Assembly (NCBI GenBank): GCA_052034235.1
Contig: JBPOIT010000014.1
Coordinates: 1,924 to 65,923, forward strand
Direction of reading: 5' to 3'
Origin: Candidatus Levyibacteriota bacterium
Lineage (GTDB): Bacteria; Patescibacteriota; Microgenomatia; Levybacterales; UBA12049
DNA length: 64,000 bases
The notes under the pieces were generated by a model that was given only the letters and a program-made list of their open reading frames with translations, ran no database searches and had not been told where the DNA came from. Below, piece after piece: positions 38,842 to 48,940 of the stretch. The number at the start of each line of letters is the position of its first letter. Position 1 is the first letter of the stretch. The position numbers and the translations under genes were made by a program.

Positions 38842-40014
38842 ATGCAAACACAACTAAAAGAATTACTTGTTTTACATTTTCTCAATGACGGTATTCGAAC
38901 AACGATCATTGTACTCCTCCCCCTGATTGCAGTAGACCTTTCTTTATCACTTACTTTTGTAGGCTTTCTCGGATCTTCTCAGCCGCTCATAGGAGCATTT
39001 CTTGCCCTGCCCACTGGATATATTTTAGGAAAATTTGGAGGATATAAAGTTATCCTTACGCTCTTACTTGTCTATTCAATCGGTGTGTTAATCGCATCAA
39101 TAGCAACAAATGCCCCACTGTTACTCCTCTCATATTTACTTGCTGCACTTGGATTTGGAATGTTTCATCCAGCAGGTTTTGCACTTACTGCAAATATTTC
39201 ATCTGATACAAATGTAGGGAAAAATATGGGCAACTTTACTGCGGTTGGAGAAATTGGTCGAGTAGCATTGCCACCCATTGCCCTTCTTATTGCAGCACTC
39301 ATTGGTTGGCGTATAACAATTGCTATCGTTGGCGGTATAGGAATAGTGCTTTTTATCATTGCTCGATTTTATACACCACACAAAGATGCTTATAATCTAG
39401 GTAATAAAAAAGCGCAACCTGAAAATCATAAAGAATTCTTGAAACATACATTCAGTCTGATGCGTAATAAAAAGGCAGCACTGGTCGCCAGCGCTGCAGT
39501 AATTGATAGTATTGCCAGCAGCCCAATTTATGTCTATTTACCATTTTTACTTATAGCAAAGGGTAATACTGCTGTCGCACTCAGCATAGCAATGGGTGGA
39601 TTTTTTGTGGGAAGTCTCGTTGGTAAATCAATCTTAGGAAGATTTGCAGATACATACGGACATAAAAACATTTTTATTATTTCTGAATTATGTATGGCAG
39701 TAAGTCTTATCTGTATTACTTTTGCCAATGAGTTTTTGCTACTCACCTTTTTCGCTGCACTTTTGGGCATTTTCACTAAAGGAACTTCTCCTGTTGTACA
39801 AACGATGTTCTCACAACTTACCAAGAAAGATCATTACCATAAAATCTTTGCAGTGAGTGAATTATTTATTACTATTGCAGCAGTTATTTCTATTTCGATT
39901 ATTGGATTTGCAGCAGATGTTATGGGGATTTCTATTGTTTTTTATAGTGCTGCACTTTTTGGAGTACTCGCTACTGTACCGATTATCATATCTAACCTAA
40001 AATCGCAACGCTAA
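38842..40014 (+). CDS. MFS transporter
   Basis: 12 TM helices; G-x-L-x-D-x-x-G-R/K-like loop LGRFADTYGHK. Confidence 0.7.
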   Translation: MQTQLKELLVLHFLNDGIRTTIIVLLPLIAVDLSLSLTFVGFLGSSQPLIGAFLALPTGYILGKFGGYKVILTLLLVYSIGVLIASIATNAPLLLLSYLLAALGFGMFHPAGFALTANISSDTNVGKNMGNFTAVGEIGRVALPPIALLIAALIGWRITIAIVGGIGIVLFIIARFYTPHKDAYNLGNKKAQPENHKEFLKHTFSLMRNKKAALVASAAVIDSIASSPIYVYLPFLLIAKGNTAVALSIAMGGFFVGSLVGKSILGRFADTYGHKNIFIISELCMAVSLICITFANEFLLLTFFAALLGIFTKGTSPVVQTMFSQLTKKDHYHKIFAVSELFITIAAVISISIIGFAADVMGISIVFYSAALFGVLATVPIIISNLKSQR

Positions 40015-40381
40015 TCTCTCTTTCCTTCGGACCGTTAAATTCTATCAGAATCACTCGTTGCCAAACACCGAGATCTAATTGACCATCTTTTATTGGGATT
40101 GTTAAGGATGTTCCTATCATTGCAGAATTTATATGATCACCAATATGCGTTGGATCATGTGGATGTCTATAATCAAGCTTTGGAATGAGCGCTTCAAATG
40201 CAGCAAGATAATCCAAATCAGTTCCTGGATCAAGATCTGCAGTAGTTATTGCTGCTGAAGTATGTTTAAGAAAAAGAACGCAAATCCCTCGAGAGATATT
40301 CTTTTTCACAAATATATTATTAACAGTATCTGTAATATCGAGGACTTCTTTTCGTCTACGAGAAGATATAATTATTTGCAT
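39992..40381 (-). CDS. YjbQ-family (UPF0047) secondary thiamine-phosphate synthase-like protein
   Basis: LFLKHTSAAITTADLDPGTDLD ... HPHDPTHIGDHINS is characteristic of YjbQ. Confidence 0.7.
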   Translation of the reverse strand: MQIIISSRRRKEVLDITDTVNNIFVKKNISRGICVLFLKHTSAAITTADLDPGTDLDYLAAFEALIPKLDYRHPHDPTHIGDHINSAMIGTSLTIPIKDGQLDLGVWQRVILIEFNGPKEREISVAILG

Positions 40382-40393
40382 AAAAGTATTGTA

Positions 40394-41335
40394 TCACTTT
40401 ATAGCAAACTCTTCGGCAAGTTTTTTATCTTTCACAGCTAGAGGTTTTGTCACATTATAAATCGCAACCAGCAGTAAGATAATCCCCGCTAACTGTGTCA
40501 TACTTAATGTTTTTTGGAAGAGAAAATAATCAATAAAAATCGCACTTGCAGGCCAAACCAATTCGCAAAGTGTCGTAATCCTGGCAGGTGTGCGTTTCAA
40601 TCCATAATAATAAAAGCCAAGTGCAACTAATCCTGTTGAAAAGGTGATCAATAATAAACTTTGCCATTGAACTGGAGAAATTGCAAAGAGAGATTGTGTC
40701 TGACCCGTACCTAAAATAATAAGCAGTGCAAAAACCGGAGCTAAGAAGAATCGAAACGCCGTTCCTGCCACAAACGACACTCTGTTGAGAACATATTTAC
40801 TAATTGCTGTTGATGAACCCCACATGAATCCTGCACTAAGCGCAAAAAATGCTGCCATGACTGTCCCTGACCCTGTAGCCAGATTGACTTGTAAATCTTT
40901 AAACGAAATGAAATAAGCAGCAATGAGAGCTACAATAGCCCACAGAATGAATTTCTTAGTCACCCGTTCGCGTAGCAATAGCGCTGCAGTGCCTATCGCC
41001 CAAATTGGTTGCAGTTGTTGCTGTAGTAGTACGACAACGGAAAACTGTGAATATTGTACTAAACCTAACGCTGCAGTGTACAAAATTGTACCTAACGCTC
41101 CTGAAAAAAGGGCAACCACCGCAATTGCTGTCCATTCTTTTTTACGCATTTTCTTAAGGTCTTTTATCCATATCGGGATAAAAAACAATAAGACGATGGC
41201 GCCTAAAAGATGTTCATAAAAAACAATAACAGCAGGCGGTAAGCTATAAAGGCCTATACGAAGAAGTCCATCAGCACTCCAAAGGAGAGCCGCAATAATA
41301 ACAAAAAGCGGACCGAAGGTCGCAAGTTTTTTCAT
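40394..41335 (-). CDS. EamA/DMT-family transporter
   Basis: 10 TM helices with two EamA-like halves. Confidence 0.7.
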   Translation of the reverse strand: MKKLATFGPLFVIIAALLWSADGLLRIGLYSLPPAVIVFYEHLLGAIVLLFFIPIWIKDLKKMRKKEWTAIAVVALFSGALGTILYTAALGLVQYSQFSVVVLLQQQLQPIWAIGTAALLLRERVTKKFILWAIVALIAAYFISFKDLQVNLATGSGTVMAAFFALSAGFMWGSSTAISKYVLNRVSFVAGTAFRFFLAPVFALLIILGTGQTQSLFAISPVQWQSLLLITFSTGLVALGFYYYGLKRTPARITTLCELVWPASAIFIDYFLFQKTLSMTQLAGIILLLVAIYNVTKPLAVKDKKLAEEFAIK

Positions 41336-41520
41336 AATTCTTCCTTTCTGGCCAATGGCCAGTCAGCATTTAGCTGACATCCCGACTATACGGTCGCTGT
41401 CTGAATCACACAGACTCGTTCCACCAGTGGCGGATCGTAGAGTTCCCCGACAGAATCGGGATTCACTACCGATTAGGATTTACACCTAACCCCGAAAGAA
41501 TAATAGTATGATAGCGATAT
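41336..41520 (-). promoter_or_regulatory. GC-rich, hairpin-dense 5' leader; candidate structured cis-regulatory RNA
   Basis: About 50% GC against about 35% background. At least six consecutive stem-loops (GGCCA/TGGCC, GTCAGC/GCTGAC, CGAC/GTCG, GTCTG/CAGAC, CCAC/GTGG, CCCGA/TCGGG) immediately upstream of the SD AAAGGAAG of the EamA gene. Confidence 0.25.
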
Positions 41521-41560
41521 GTTTGCAAAACGTCAACTACTAACTTTTGGAGTAGTACTT

Positions 41561-42928
41561 TTAGCCAACAAGAAGCGAGAAGATGGTGAGCGATCCGGCT
41601 ATTGCCATTACAAAGGTAATAAACCAGCCGAGAGCGGCAATAATCGGATGATTTGTCCTGTCCTTTACAATTCGTTTATCACTTGTCATTTGTACAATAA
41701 GATACAAGATAGGAGGAGCAACCAAGCCATTAAAAACTGCTGAATAGATAAGCATTTTCATAGGATCAATGCCCAAAAAGTTGAGCCCCAAACCTATGAG
41801 CATTGATAAGATTATAACGCCGTAGAATGCTCTTGCCTGATGTAACTTTCGATAAAGTCCTGATTTCCATTTAAAACTTTCTGCCATAGTATAAGCGGCA
41901 GAACCTGCAAGTACTGGGATTGCCAGTAATCCTGTTCCAACGATTCCCGCTGCAAAAAGTAAGAATGCTTGCTCTCCTGCAAGCGGTCTGAGGGCAGCTG
42001 CAGCCTGAGCAGCAGTTTCTATATGGTTTATCCCATTGGTAAACAAAACCGCAGCACAAGTTGCAATAATAAAAAACATGACTGTATTTGAAACGAACAT
42101 ACCAAACCACACATCAATTCGCATTTTTTTAATTTCTTCAGTTGTTGTCCCCTCACGAAGTCTGATTGAAGTTTTGCCATGTTGAATTTCTTCTTCAACT
42201 TCATGGGATGTTTGCCAGAAAAAGAGATACGGAGAGATAGTCGTTCCCAAAATGGCTGTGACGAGAAGCATTTGTTCTGAAGAAAAACTGAATGACGGAA
42301 TGACTGTTGCTTTAAATAATGCCAACCAATCTAAATTCACCACAAATGCGGTTGCGATATACGACAGCAGAACAAAAACAAGATATTTTAAATACCGTGC
42401 ATACCTCTCGTACGGTGTGAAGATTTGCATTAACAGACAAAACAGCGTAAATGCTATTGCAGCAACAGGAAATTGGAGATTAGGAAAAATCAGTCTACTC
42501 GCTTCTGCCATTGCTCCAATGTCAGCGCCGATATTAAGGGTATTTGCAGCGAATAACAAACCTGCGCAGGTATAAAGTACCCATTTGGGATAATTTATTC
42601 TAATATTACCAGCCAATCCACGCCCAGTCGATAGACCTATTCTTGCACACATTTCCTGCACAATCGCCATCAGGGGAAAAGTAAATAATGCCAACCAAGC
42701 GAGTTGATTTCCATATTGAGCACCAGTTTGGGAATAGGTAGCGATACCTGATGGATCATCATCGGCTGCACCTGTTACTAAACCAGGCCCCAAGCCCGTC
42801 CAAAAACTTTTTGCTTTTTTAAATTGAGCAATTCTTTCAGCGTCTTTACCAAACTTCTTCGTCACATCTATACCTTTTTCAAGGGCAATTGATGGAGCTG
42901 AGGCGATAATTTCAATCTTTTCGTCCAT
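41561..42928 (-). CDS. mntH: NRAMP-family divalent metal (Mn/Fe) transporter
   Basis: GPGLVTGAADDDPSGIATYSQTGAQYG is the NRAMP signature. 11-12 TM helices. Confidence 0.9.
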   Translation of the reverse strand: MDEKIEIIASAPSIALEKGIDVTKKFGKDAERIAQFKKAKSFWTGLGPGLVTGAADDDPSGIATYSQTGAQYGNQLAWLALFTFPLMAIVQEMCARIGLSTGRGLAGNIRINYPKWVLYTCAGLLFAANTLNIGADIGAMAEASRLIFPNLQFPVAAIAFTLFCLLMQIFTPYERYARYLKYLVFVLLSYIATAFVVNLDWLALFKATVIPSFSFSSEQMLLVTAILGTTISPYLFFWQTSHEVEEEIQHGKTSIRLREGTTTEEIKKMRIDVWFGMFVSNTVMFFIIATCAAVLFTNGINHIETAAQAAAALRPLAGEQAFLLFAAGIVGTGLLAIPVLAGSAAYTMAESFKWKSGLYRKLHQARAFYGVIILSMLIGLGLNFLGIDPMKMLIYSAVFNGLVAPPILYLIVQMTSDKRIVKDRTNHPIIAALGWFITFVMAIAGSLTIFSLLVG

Positions 42929-42979
42929 GATAGTGCTATTTACTTAACTATAGCAATAAGCACACTCATTTTCTACCAC

Positions 42980-43987
42980 CTAACTGAGGCTAATAAACTG
43001 ATTAATGAGAGATTTTATTTCATATTTTTTATCTTCAGTTACCTCAACATCTACTGCTCCCTTATCAAAAAGTCCATATACAACATGTGAACCTAAAGGA
43101 GCGAGTAAAATAACAGGTAATGTTAAGAGATCTTCTTCACCTTTAACCATAACTGTTTGCTTATGTGAAGATTGAACATTTTCATTAATAACGTTTCCTA
43201 TGGTTGAAACTGCTTCAGATTCGATTTTTCCTGCTGCATTTACACAAGTAACAGCACTTTTGCTTAATTGTTTAAGTAATTCTTTTTGCTCATTATTTAT
43301 TTCATGCCTTCGTGTTTTGAAATCAAAAACACTAATTGCTGCCTGATGACCAGCTTCAACAAAAGAAAGGGTTACGATATCACCAACTGCAATAATGAGA
43401 GAATCATCGCCGCCTTTTGCAAGAATTTGATTTATGTCTGTTGTCACATCCCCAATAGGTTCACGCAGCTTTGCTCTGAATTGAGAAGGTAGCTCAAGTG
43501 ATTTTTGAAAAAGTGAAACATACGAGAATCCATTCCTATCTATTTCTCCTTTTCGTATTCGCTCGGAAGAAATGACTTTACCATCATTGCCATTAACAAA
43601 CGGGACGACAGTTATGTTCAGCTTGGGAAAATTTATTTCTTGACGTTTCTTATTTATTGTATCAGCAGCATACTTATTTTCTTCTGTTACAAATATTGCA
43701 TCAATATTTCTTTCCTGCAAAGTTGATCCAAATATGTCATCAATTGGAATAAATTTAACTACTTTCTCAATTTTTTTACTTTTTATATATTCGCAAACAG
43801 AGGCGTGTCTCATTTGATAGGATTCAATTTCTGAGGCTAGATTTTTTCCACTGTATAATTTTTCTGTACTTATTCCGATTGTAACAGTTTCTGAATTTGT
43901 AAGCGTTTCATCGATAAGTTTTTTATGCCCTATGTGAAAGTGATCAAAAGTACCTCCAATAACTGCATGTTTAAAAAATGAATTCAT
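42980..43987 (-). CDS. Fusion of a cytidylyltransferase-fold PPAT-like domain (archaeal type) with a DUF359-like domain (candidate GTP-dependent dephospho-CoA kinase)
   Basis: The N-terminus has GGTFDHFHIGH (HxGH) ... ISSERIRKGEID. The C-terminal ~180 aa carry AVGDIVT ... VKGEEDLLTLP, reminiscent of COG1909/DUF359. Confidence 0.5.
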   Translation of the reverse strand: MNSFFKHAVIGGTFDHFHIGHKKLIDETLTNSETVTIGISTEKLYSGKNLASEIESYQMRHASVCEYIKSKKIEKVVKFIPIDDIFGSTLQERNIDAIFVTEENKYAADTINKKRQEINFPKLNITVVPFVNGNDGKVISSERIRKGEIDRNGFSYVSLFQKSLELPSQFRAKLREPIGDVTTDINQILAKGGDDSLIIAVGDIVTLSFVEAGHQAAISVFDFKTRRHEINNEQKELLKQLSKSAVTCVNAAGKIESEAVSTIGNVINENVQSSHKQTVMVKGEEDLLTLPVILLAPLGSHVVYGLFDKGAVDVEVTEDKKYEIKSLINQFISLS

Positions 43988-43989
43988 AA

Positions 43990-44829
43990 TTATTTATTAA
44001 TAAGTGGTGTAATCAGCTTAAGTAAATCTTCATGAAGCAAGTTATTGCTTGCAAGAATACCCTTTATAGTTTTATCATAAGCCTGATCATCACCATAGAG
44101 GTCAGTCACTTTACCTCCCGCCTCTTCAATAACTATTTTTGCTGCTGCCCCATCCCATTCATTAGGACTACTTCCAGCAACAGCCCCAATCTCTCCACAA
44201 GCAACAAGCAACGCAGCATAACTGGTTGATCTGAGAATTGCCGTATGACAATAAAGTGAAGTTAAAATTTCATGGAGTTTGTTTAAATTTGAATACTTTC
44301 CAACCCACGCTTCTATATCAACAACATTGTTTCGAAAATCACGAGTACTACTTACGCTCATTCGAGTTTCGTTAATATATGTCCCCTTACCTTTCTCTGC
44401 AACGGCCATTCTGTCCATAAAAGGATCATAAATAATTCCTAAGATTACTTCGCCTTTCTTTGTTAATGCGAGTGCAAAAACAGAAGTCGGCCAACCATGA
44501 GAGAAAGGGACTGTTCCATCAACAGGATCACAAACCCATGCATATTCGCTCTCTTTCAAGATGCTGCCTTCCTCCCCGATTATAGAATGTTCAGGGTAAG
44601 CTTTTTCTATTTCATCAAGTACAATTTGATTTATCTTTTTATCAGTAATTGTTAAAGGGGTATCGTCACTTTTCCATTCTCGCTTCATTCCCATTTGATG
44701 ATTTTTTTTGATAATCGCGCCAGCTTTTAAAGCTAGTTCAACAGCAAATGTACGGGTATTTATCATAAGGAAATTATAGCACAGTGTGTACTTGAAACTT
44801 CCTTCATGTATAATATTTTTATGAGTCAA
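43990..44829 (-). CDS. Inositol monophosphatase-family protein (SuhB-like)
   Basis: WVCDPVDGT and the downstream WD motif. Confidence 0.8.
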   Translation of the reverse strand: MTHKNIIHEGSFKYTLCYNFLMINTRTFAVELALKAGAIIKKNHQMGMKREWKSDDTPLTITDKKINQIVLDEIEKAYPEHSIIGEEGSILKESEYAWVCDPVDGTVPFSHGWPTSVFALALTKKGEVILGIIYDPFMDRMAVAEKGKGTYINETRMSVSSTRDFRNNVVDIEAWVGKYSNLNKLHEILTSLYCHTAILRSTSYAALLVACGEIGAVAGSSPNEWDGAAAKIVIEEAGGKVTDLYGDDQAYDKTIKGILASNNLLHEDLLKLITPLINK

Positions 44830-45549
44830 GATAAACGCTATTTATATTGTTTTTCTCCCTTAGTTATGCTCACCACGTTTTTGATTGAATTATCTTCGGC
44901 ACTATATATTTTATTTAAATATCAACGAACATTAACTTCTAAGCTTATCATTTCTATGCTTTCATTTTTAGCGCTCTTTCAGTTTGCTGAATATATGGTA
45001 TGCCAGAACGCATTTTTCTTTTCTAGTTTAGATTGGGCAAGGATCGGGCATGTCACAATCACCTTATTACCCCCCATTGGAATACATTTGGGTATGAGTA
45101 TCGCCAAGAAAAAAAATAATCATTTACTGGCAGCAGCATATGGTAGCGCAATAATCTTTTCTGTATTTTTCCTTTTTGTTGGCCATGGAATACAATCACA
45201 ACAATGCTTGGGTAATTATATTATTTTTAAAACAGCATCCTACGCAATTATTCCATATACCGTATATTATTATGGATGGCTTTTCATAGGAATGTATATG
45301 TTTTTAAGCTATCGGGAACAAATCAAACGCACGGAAGAAAAAAGTGCTCTTCTATGGCTTAGCATTGGATACCTCTCTTTTATGATCCCAACTACGATTG
45401 TAAATATTATCGACCCAAAAACTATAGCTGGGATTCCAAGTATAATGTGTGGTTTTGCTGTTCTTCTTTCACTCTGTTTAGTTTTCAAAGTAGCACCATT
45501 AGTTCTCGATGATTCAAATTCCGATCCTCTTCAATTCCGCTTAAAATAG
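44806..45549 (+). CDS. Polytopic membrane protein
   Basis: 247 aa with about 7 hydrophobic helices. Confidence 0.4.
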   Translation: MYNIFMSQDKRYLYCFSPLVMLTTFLIELSSALYILFKYQRTLTSKLIISMLSFLALFQFAEYMVCQNAFFFSSLDWARIGHVTITLLPPIGIHLGMSIAKKKNNHLLAAAYGSAIIFSVFFLFVGHGIQSQQCLGNYIIFKTASYAIIPYTVYYYGWLFIGMYMFLSYREQIKRTEEKSALLWLSIGYLSFMIPTTIVNIIDPKTIAGIPSIMCGFAVLLSLCLVFKVAPLVLDDSNSDPLQFRLK

Positions 45550-45598
45550 TATTACATTTGAGATTTTTCAATAAGATTATTTTTGTTATACTACGTTC

Positions 45599-46762
45599 AT
45601 GAAAGAAAATGTAATTGTTCCAATAAGATTTCTTCTCGTTAGTATTATTCCACATAACATGAGTGATTATGAAGCCTTCCAAGATCTCAAAGAACTAAAA
45701 TCTTTAGTTGAAGCGCTTGGAGGAAATGTCATAGATTTTGTCATTCAAAAACGAGAAGTACATGACAAGGGCATGTATATCGGTACAGGCAAAATTATTG
45801 AAATTTCAGATTTATTAAATGAAAAGGCTATAGATGTGGTAGTGCTCAACGCAATAGTAAAACCTGGACAAGTTTTTGAAATCTCTAAGATTTTTTCAAA
45901 AACAAAACGAAACATCAAAGTTTGGGATCGTGTCGATTTAATTCTTGAGATATTCTCGCAACATGCTCACACCGCTGAAGCAAAACTCCAAATTGAGCTC
46001 GCTGCAATGCGACATATGGGCCCTCGCATTTACGGCATGGGTCAGGTAATGTCTCGACAGGGAGGAGGGATTGGGACACTCGGTGTCGGAGAAACCAATA
46101 CTGAACTTATGAAACGTCACTGGCGAAAAGAAATGAAAAAAACGCAGGACAAATTAAAAAAATTATCAATTGATAGGGAGAGGCAACTTGCAAGAAGAAG
46201 AAAAGTCGGTTTACAGACCGTATCGATTATCGGTTACACTAATGCAGGAAAATCTTCACTCTATAGTAAACTCACGCATAAGAAAACCGATATACAAAAT
46301 GCTTTGTTTGTAACTCTTGATAGTAGTGTCGCAAAAGTAATTTTACCAAAATCAAAAACACCAATTTTACTAAGTGACACAATTGGCTTTATTAAGAATT
46401 TACCAACAGAACTGATTGATGCATTTAAATCAACACTGCTTGAATCAATTCATGCAGATCTACTACTTCATGTTATCGATATCACTGATGATGATATGCC
46501 AAGAAAAATTCAGGCTGTTGAGAATGTACTTTCCACTTTAAAATTAACAGATAAAAAACGAATTTATATTTTTAACAAAATTGATCAGATGAAAAAACAA
46601 AATATAAATTTAATACGTGAGACATATAATGATTTCTACCCGCAATTCATTTCAGTAAGAGAGAGTAAGGGCATTGATACAATACTTGATGTTGTCGAAG
46701 ACAGTTTAAAAGGAGAAATACCACGGATACTTAAAAAAAGAAAACTGATACATGTAGACTAG
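45599..46762 (+). CDS. hflX: GTPase HflX
   Basis: HflX N-domain, then G1 GYTNAGKSSL, DTIGF and NKID. Confidence 0.9.
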   Translation: MKENVIVPIRFLLVSIIPHNMSDYEAFQDLKELKSLVEALGGNVIDFVIQKREVHDKGMYIGTGKIIEISDLLNEKAIDVVVLNAIVKPGQVFEISKIFSKTKRNIKVWDRVDLILEIFSQHAHTAEAKLQIELAAMRHMGPRIYGMGQVMSRQGGGIGTLGVGETNTELMKRHWRKEMKKTQDKLKKLSIDRERQLARRRKVGLQTVSIIGYTNAGKSSLYSKLTHKKTDIQNALFVTLDSSVAKVILPKSKTPILLSDTIGFIKNLPTELIDAFKSTLLESIHADLLLHVIDITDDDMPRKIQAVENVLSTLKLTDKKRIYIFNKIDQMKKQNINLIRETYNDFYPQFISVRESKGIDTILDVVEDSLKGEIPRILKKRKLIHVD

Positions 46763-47709
46763 CTTGTGAGCACTTTTATCAGCGCATCAATACTTTCAGA
46801 ATCAAAAACCGAACATGTTATTACTTTCTTTCCTTTTTTCGTAAATTGTTTTATTTTTTTATCAAGTTCTTTCTTATCAACTAAGTCTGTTTTCGTAAGT
46901 AAAATTATTTCTGGTTTTTCCAATAATTCACTATTATAGCTTTTAAATTCTTCTCTTACTATTTCATAGGTTTTTTCAGGATTATCATCCGATGCATCGA
47001 TACAGTGCAATAGTAATTTTGTTTTTTCGATATGTTTAAGAAAACCTATACCAAGTCCTTTTCCCTCTGATGCCCCTTCAATAAGCCCTGGGATATCAGC
47101 AAGTGTTAAGTTTTCTAGCACTCCCAAATTTGGTTCAAGCGTTGTAAAAGGATAGTTGCCGATTTTTGGACGCGCATGAGTTAGTACGGAAAGTAGGCTG
47201 CTTTTCCCAGCATTTGGTAAACCAATCAGTCCAATGTCTGCAATCAGTTTTAATTCTAACTGCAGTACTTTTTCCTCTCCAAGTGTACCACTCTCAGCAT
47301 AATTTGGCGCCTGATTTGTTGAGGATTTAAATTCTAAATTTCCCCGACCACCGTGTCCACCTTTAACAAACCTTCTCGACTGTGTATCTCGGATTTCAAA
47401 TACTCCATTCGTTTTTAAGTCAGTTACAATAGTTCCAAGCGGCACGAGTATTGTGGTATCAGGAGCGTTTTTGCCGTATAGTCTTTTATTTTTGCCTGAT
47501 ATCCCATCCTCTGCTGTGATTTTTTTCTTGAAACGAAATTCACTCAAATCTCGAACGTTTGGAGAGCCCTGAAGATAAATGCTTCCACCATTACCACCAT
47601 TACCACCATCAGGTCCACCTTTGGCTGTCATACCATTTCGCAAGAACGTTGCAGCACCATTGCCGCCATCTCCTGCTTTTATTGTAAGTGTGACTTTATC
47701 AACTAACAT
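46759..47709 (-). CDS. obg: GTPase Obg (short form lacking the C-terminal OCT/TGS extension)
   Basis: Gly-rich Obg fold (GGNGGNGGSIYL) and G domain GLPNAGKSS. 316 aa. Confidence 0.9.
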   Translation of the reverse strand: MLVDKVTLTIKAGDGGNGAATFLRNGMTAKGGPDGGNGGNGGSIYLQGSPNVRDLSEFRFKKKITAEDGISGKNKRLYGKNAPDTTILVPLGTIVTDLKTNGVFEIRDTQSRRFVKGGHGGRGNLEFKSSTNQAPNYAESGTLGEEKVLQLELKLIADIGLIGLPNAGKSSLLSVLTHARPKIGNYPFTTLEPNLGVLENLTLADIPGLIEGASEGKGLGIGFLKHIEKTKLLLHCIDASDDNPEKTYEIVREEFKSYNSELLEKPEIILLTKTDLVDKKELDKKIKQFTKKGKKVITCSVFDSESIDALIKVLTS

Positions 47710-47767
47710 ACTTGTATTGTATCATTTCTTCTGTGGGAATATAGCATCGGTAGGAGTGTATGTACCT

Positions 47768-48940
47768 TTACTCAACAAACGTCAGAGCTATACCTTTTTT
47801 GCCAGCTCTTCCTGTGCGGCCAATACGGTGTACGTAATCATCATAATTTGCTGGAGGATCATAGTTAATGACATGCGTGACATTATCAATGTCTAAGCCT
47901 CTTGACGCAACATCTGTTGCGAGAAGAATGCGTACTTCATTTCTTTTAAATTGTTCCAGAGCCCTTGCACGTTGTCCTTGCGTTTTATTACCATGAATAG
48001 ATGCTGCTTTAAATCCTTTTGCTATAAGAATATTTGTTAACTTTTCTATACCCCATTTAGTTCTGCCAAAAATTAATACTTTTTCAAAATCTTGTTTAAT
48101 TAATAAATCATGCAAAATTTCTTGTTTATTATCCGTTTTATTAACTTTAATAATATCCTGGTCTATATTTTCAGATGTATCCTGTTTTTTAACAGAAACC
48201 GTTACTGGATCTGTAACAAAACTTTTTAGAATCTCACGGACTTTATCAGAAACCGTTGCTGAGAAAAATAATGATTGTCTTTGTTTTGGCAATAACGATA
48301 TGAAATATTTAATATCACTTATAAAACCAATATCAACCATTCTGTCAACTTCATCAAGGACAATATTTTTAAACAAATGTAATTGTAATCTTTTTCTATT
48401 AGTTAAATCTTTAATTCTTCCTGGTGTTCCAATGACAAAATGAGGATTATGATGAAGCTTTTTTTCTTGTCTTTCCATACTCGCACCACCAATACATAAA
48501 ACTGAATCAAGCCCTGTTCCCTTCGTAAAAGCTTGCAACTCATCTACAATTTGCATCGCGAGTTCACGAGTAGGTGTTACAATGAGTATTCTCTCATTTC
48601 TATCTAAATAGGCTTTATTAATAAGCGGTATAAGAAACGCTGCTGTTTTTCCAGTTCCGGTATTTGCTATACCAATAACATCACGTCCGTTTACGATATG
48701 AGGAATTGTTTTTTCCTGAATATGAGTAGGCGTTACGTAGCCGTGTTCTTTGATATTCCTTTTGATTTTTTCGTCAATATGAAAATCATCAAAGGTTATA
48801 CTACTTAAAGTTTGCTCATCGATTGGAGTTGGATTTGCTTTTTTTACAAATTGAATCGCATCAAGTTTTTTATCATGATGTGATTTCTTAGAAAATCTTC
48901 CGCCAAATCTTTTAGGTTTATAATTACTTTTCTTATACAT
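47768..48940 (-). CDS. DEAD-box ATP-dependent RNA helicase
   Basis: GTGKTAAF, a DEVD variant of DEAD, SAT and HRIGRTGRAG. Confidence 0.9.
   Translation of the reverse strand: MYKKSNYKPKRFGGRFSKKSHHDKKLDAIQFVKKANPTPIDEQTLSSITFDDFHIDEKIKRNIKEHGYVTPTHIQEKTIPHIVNGRDVIGIANTGTGKTAAFLIPLINKAYLDRNERILIVTPTRELAMQIVDELQAFTKGTGLDSVLCIGGASMERQEKKLHHNPHFVIGTPGRIKDLTNRKRLQLHLFKNIVLDEVDRMVDIGFISDIKYFISLLPKQRQSLFFSATVSDKVREILKSFVTDPVTVSVKKQDTSENIDQDIIKVNKTDNKQEILHDLLIKQDFEKVLIFGRTKWGIEKLTNILIAKGFKAASIHGNKTQGQRARALEQFKRNEVRILLATDVASRGLDIDNVTHVINYDPPANYDDYVHRIGRTGRAGKKGIALTFVE

Noticed and set aside
41336-41520. Considered SRP RNA, tmRNA, RNase P, 6S, TPP, Mn (yybP-ykoY), ZTP and guanidine riboswitch identities for the GC-rich leader
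   Set aside because: None of the diagnostic conserved boxes (SRP GGAA/AGCAG domain IV, TPP CUGAGA, yybP GGGGAGUA, and so on) could be located by eye. It is kept only as an unclassified candidate.
41519-41743. 74-aa plus-strand ORF overlapping the 3' end of the NRAMP gene
   Set aside because: It overlaps a confidently identified minus-strand gene and has no motif. It is more likely part of the structured intergenic region plus chance open frame.
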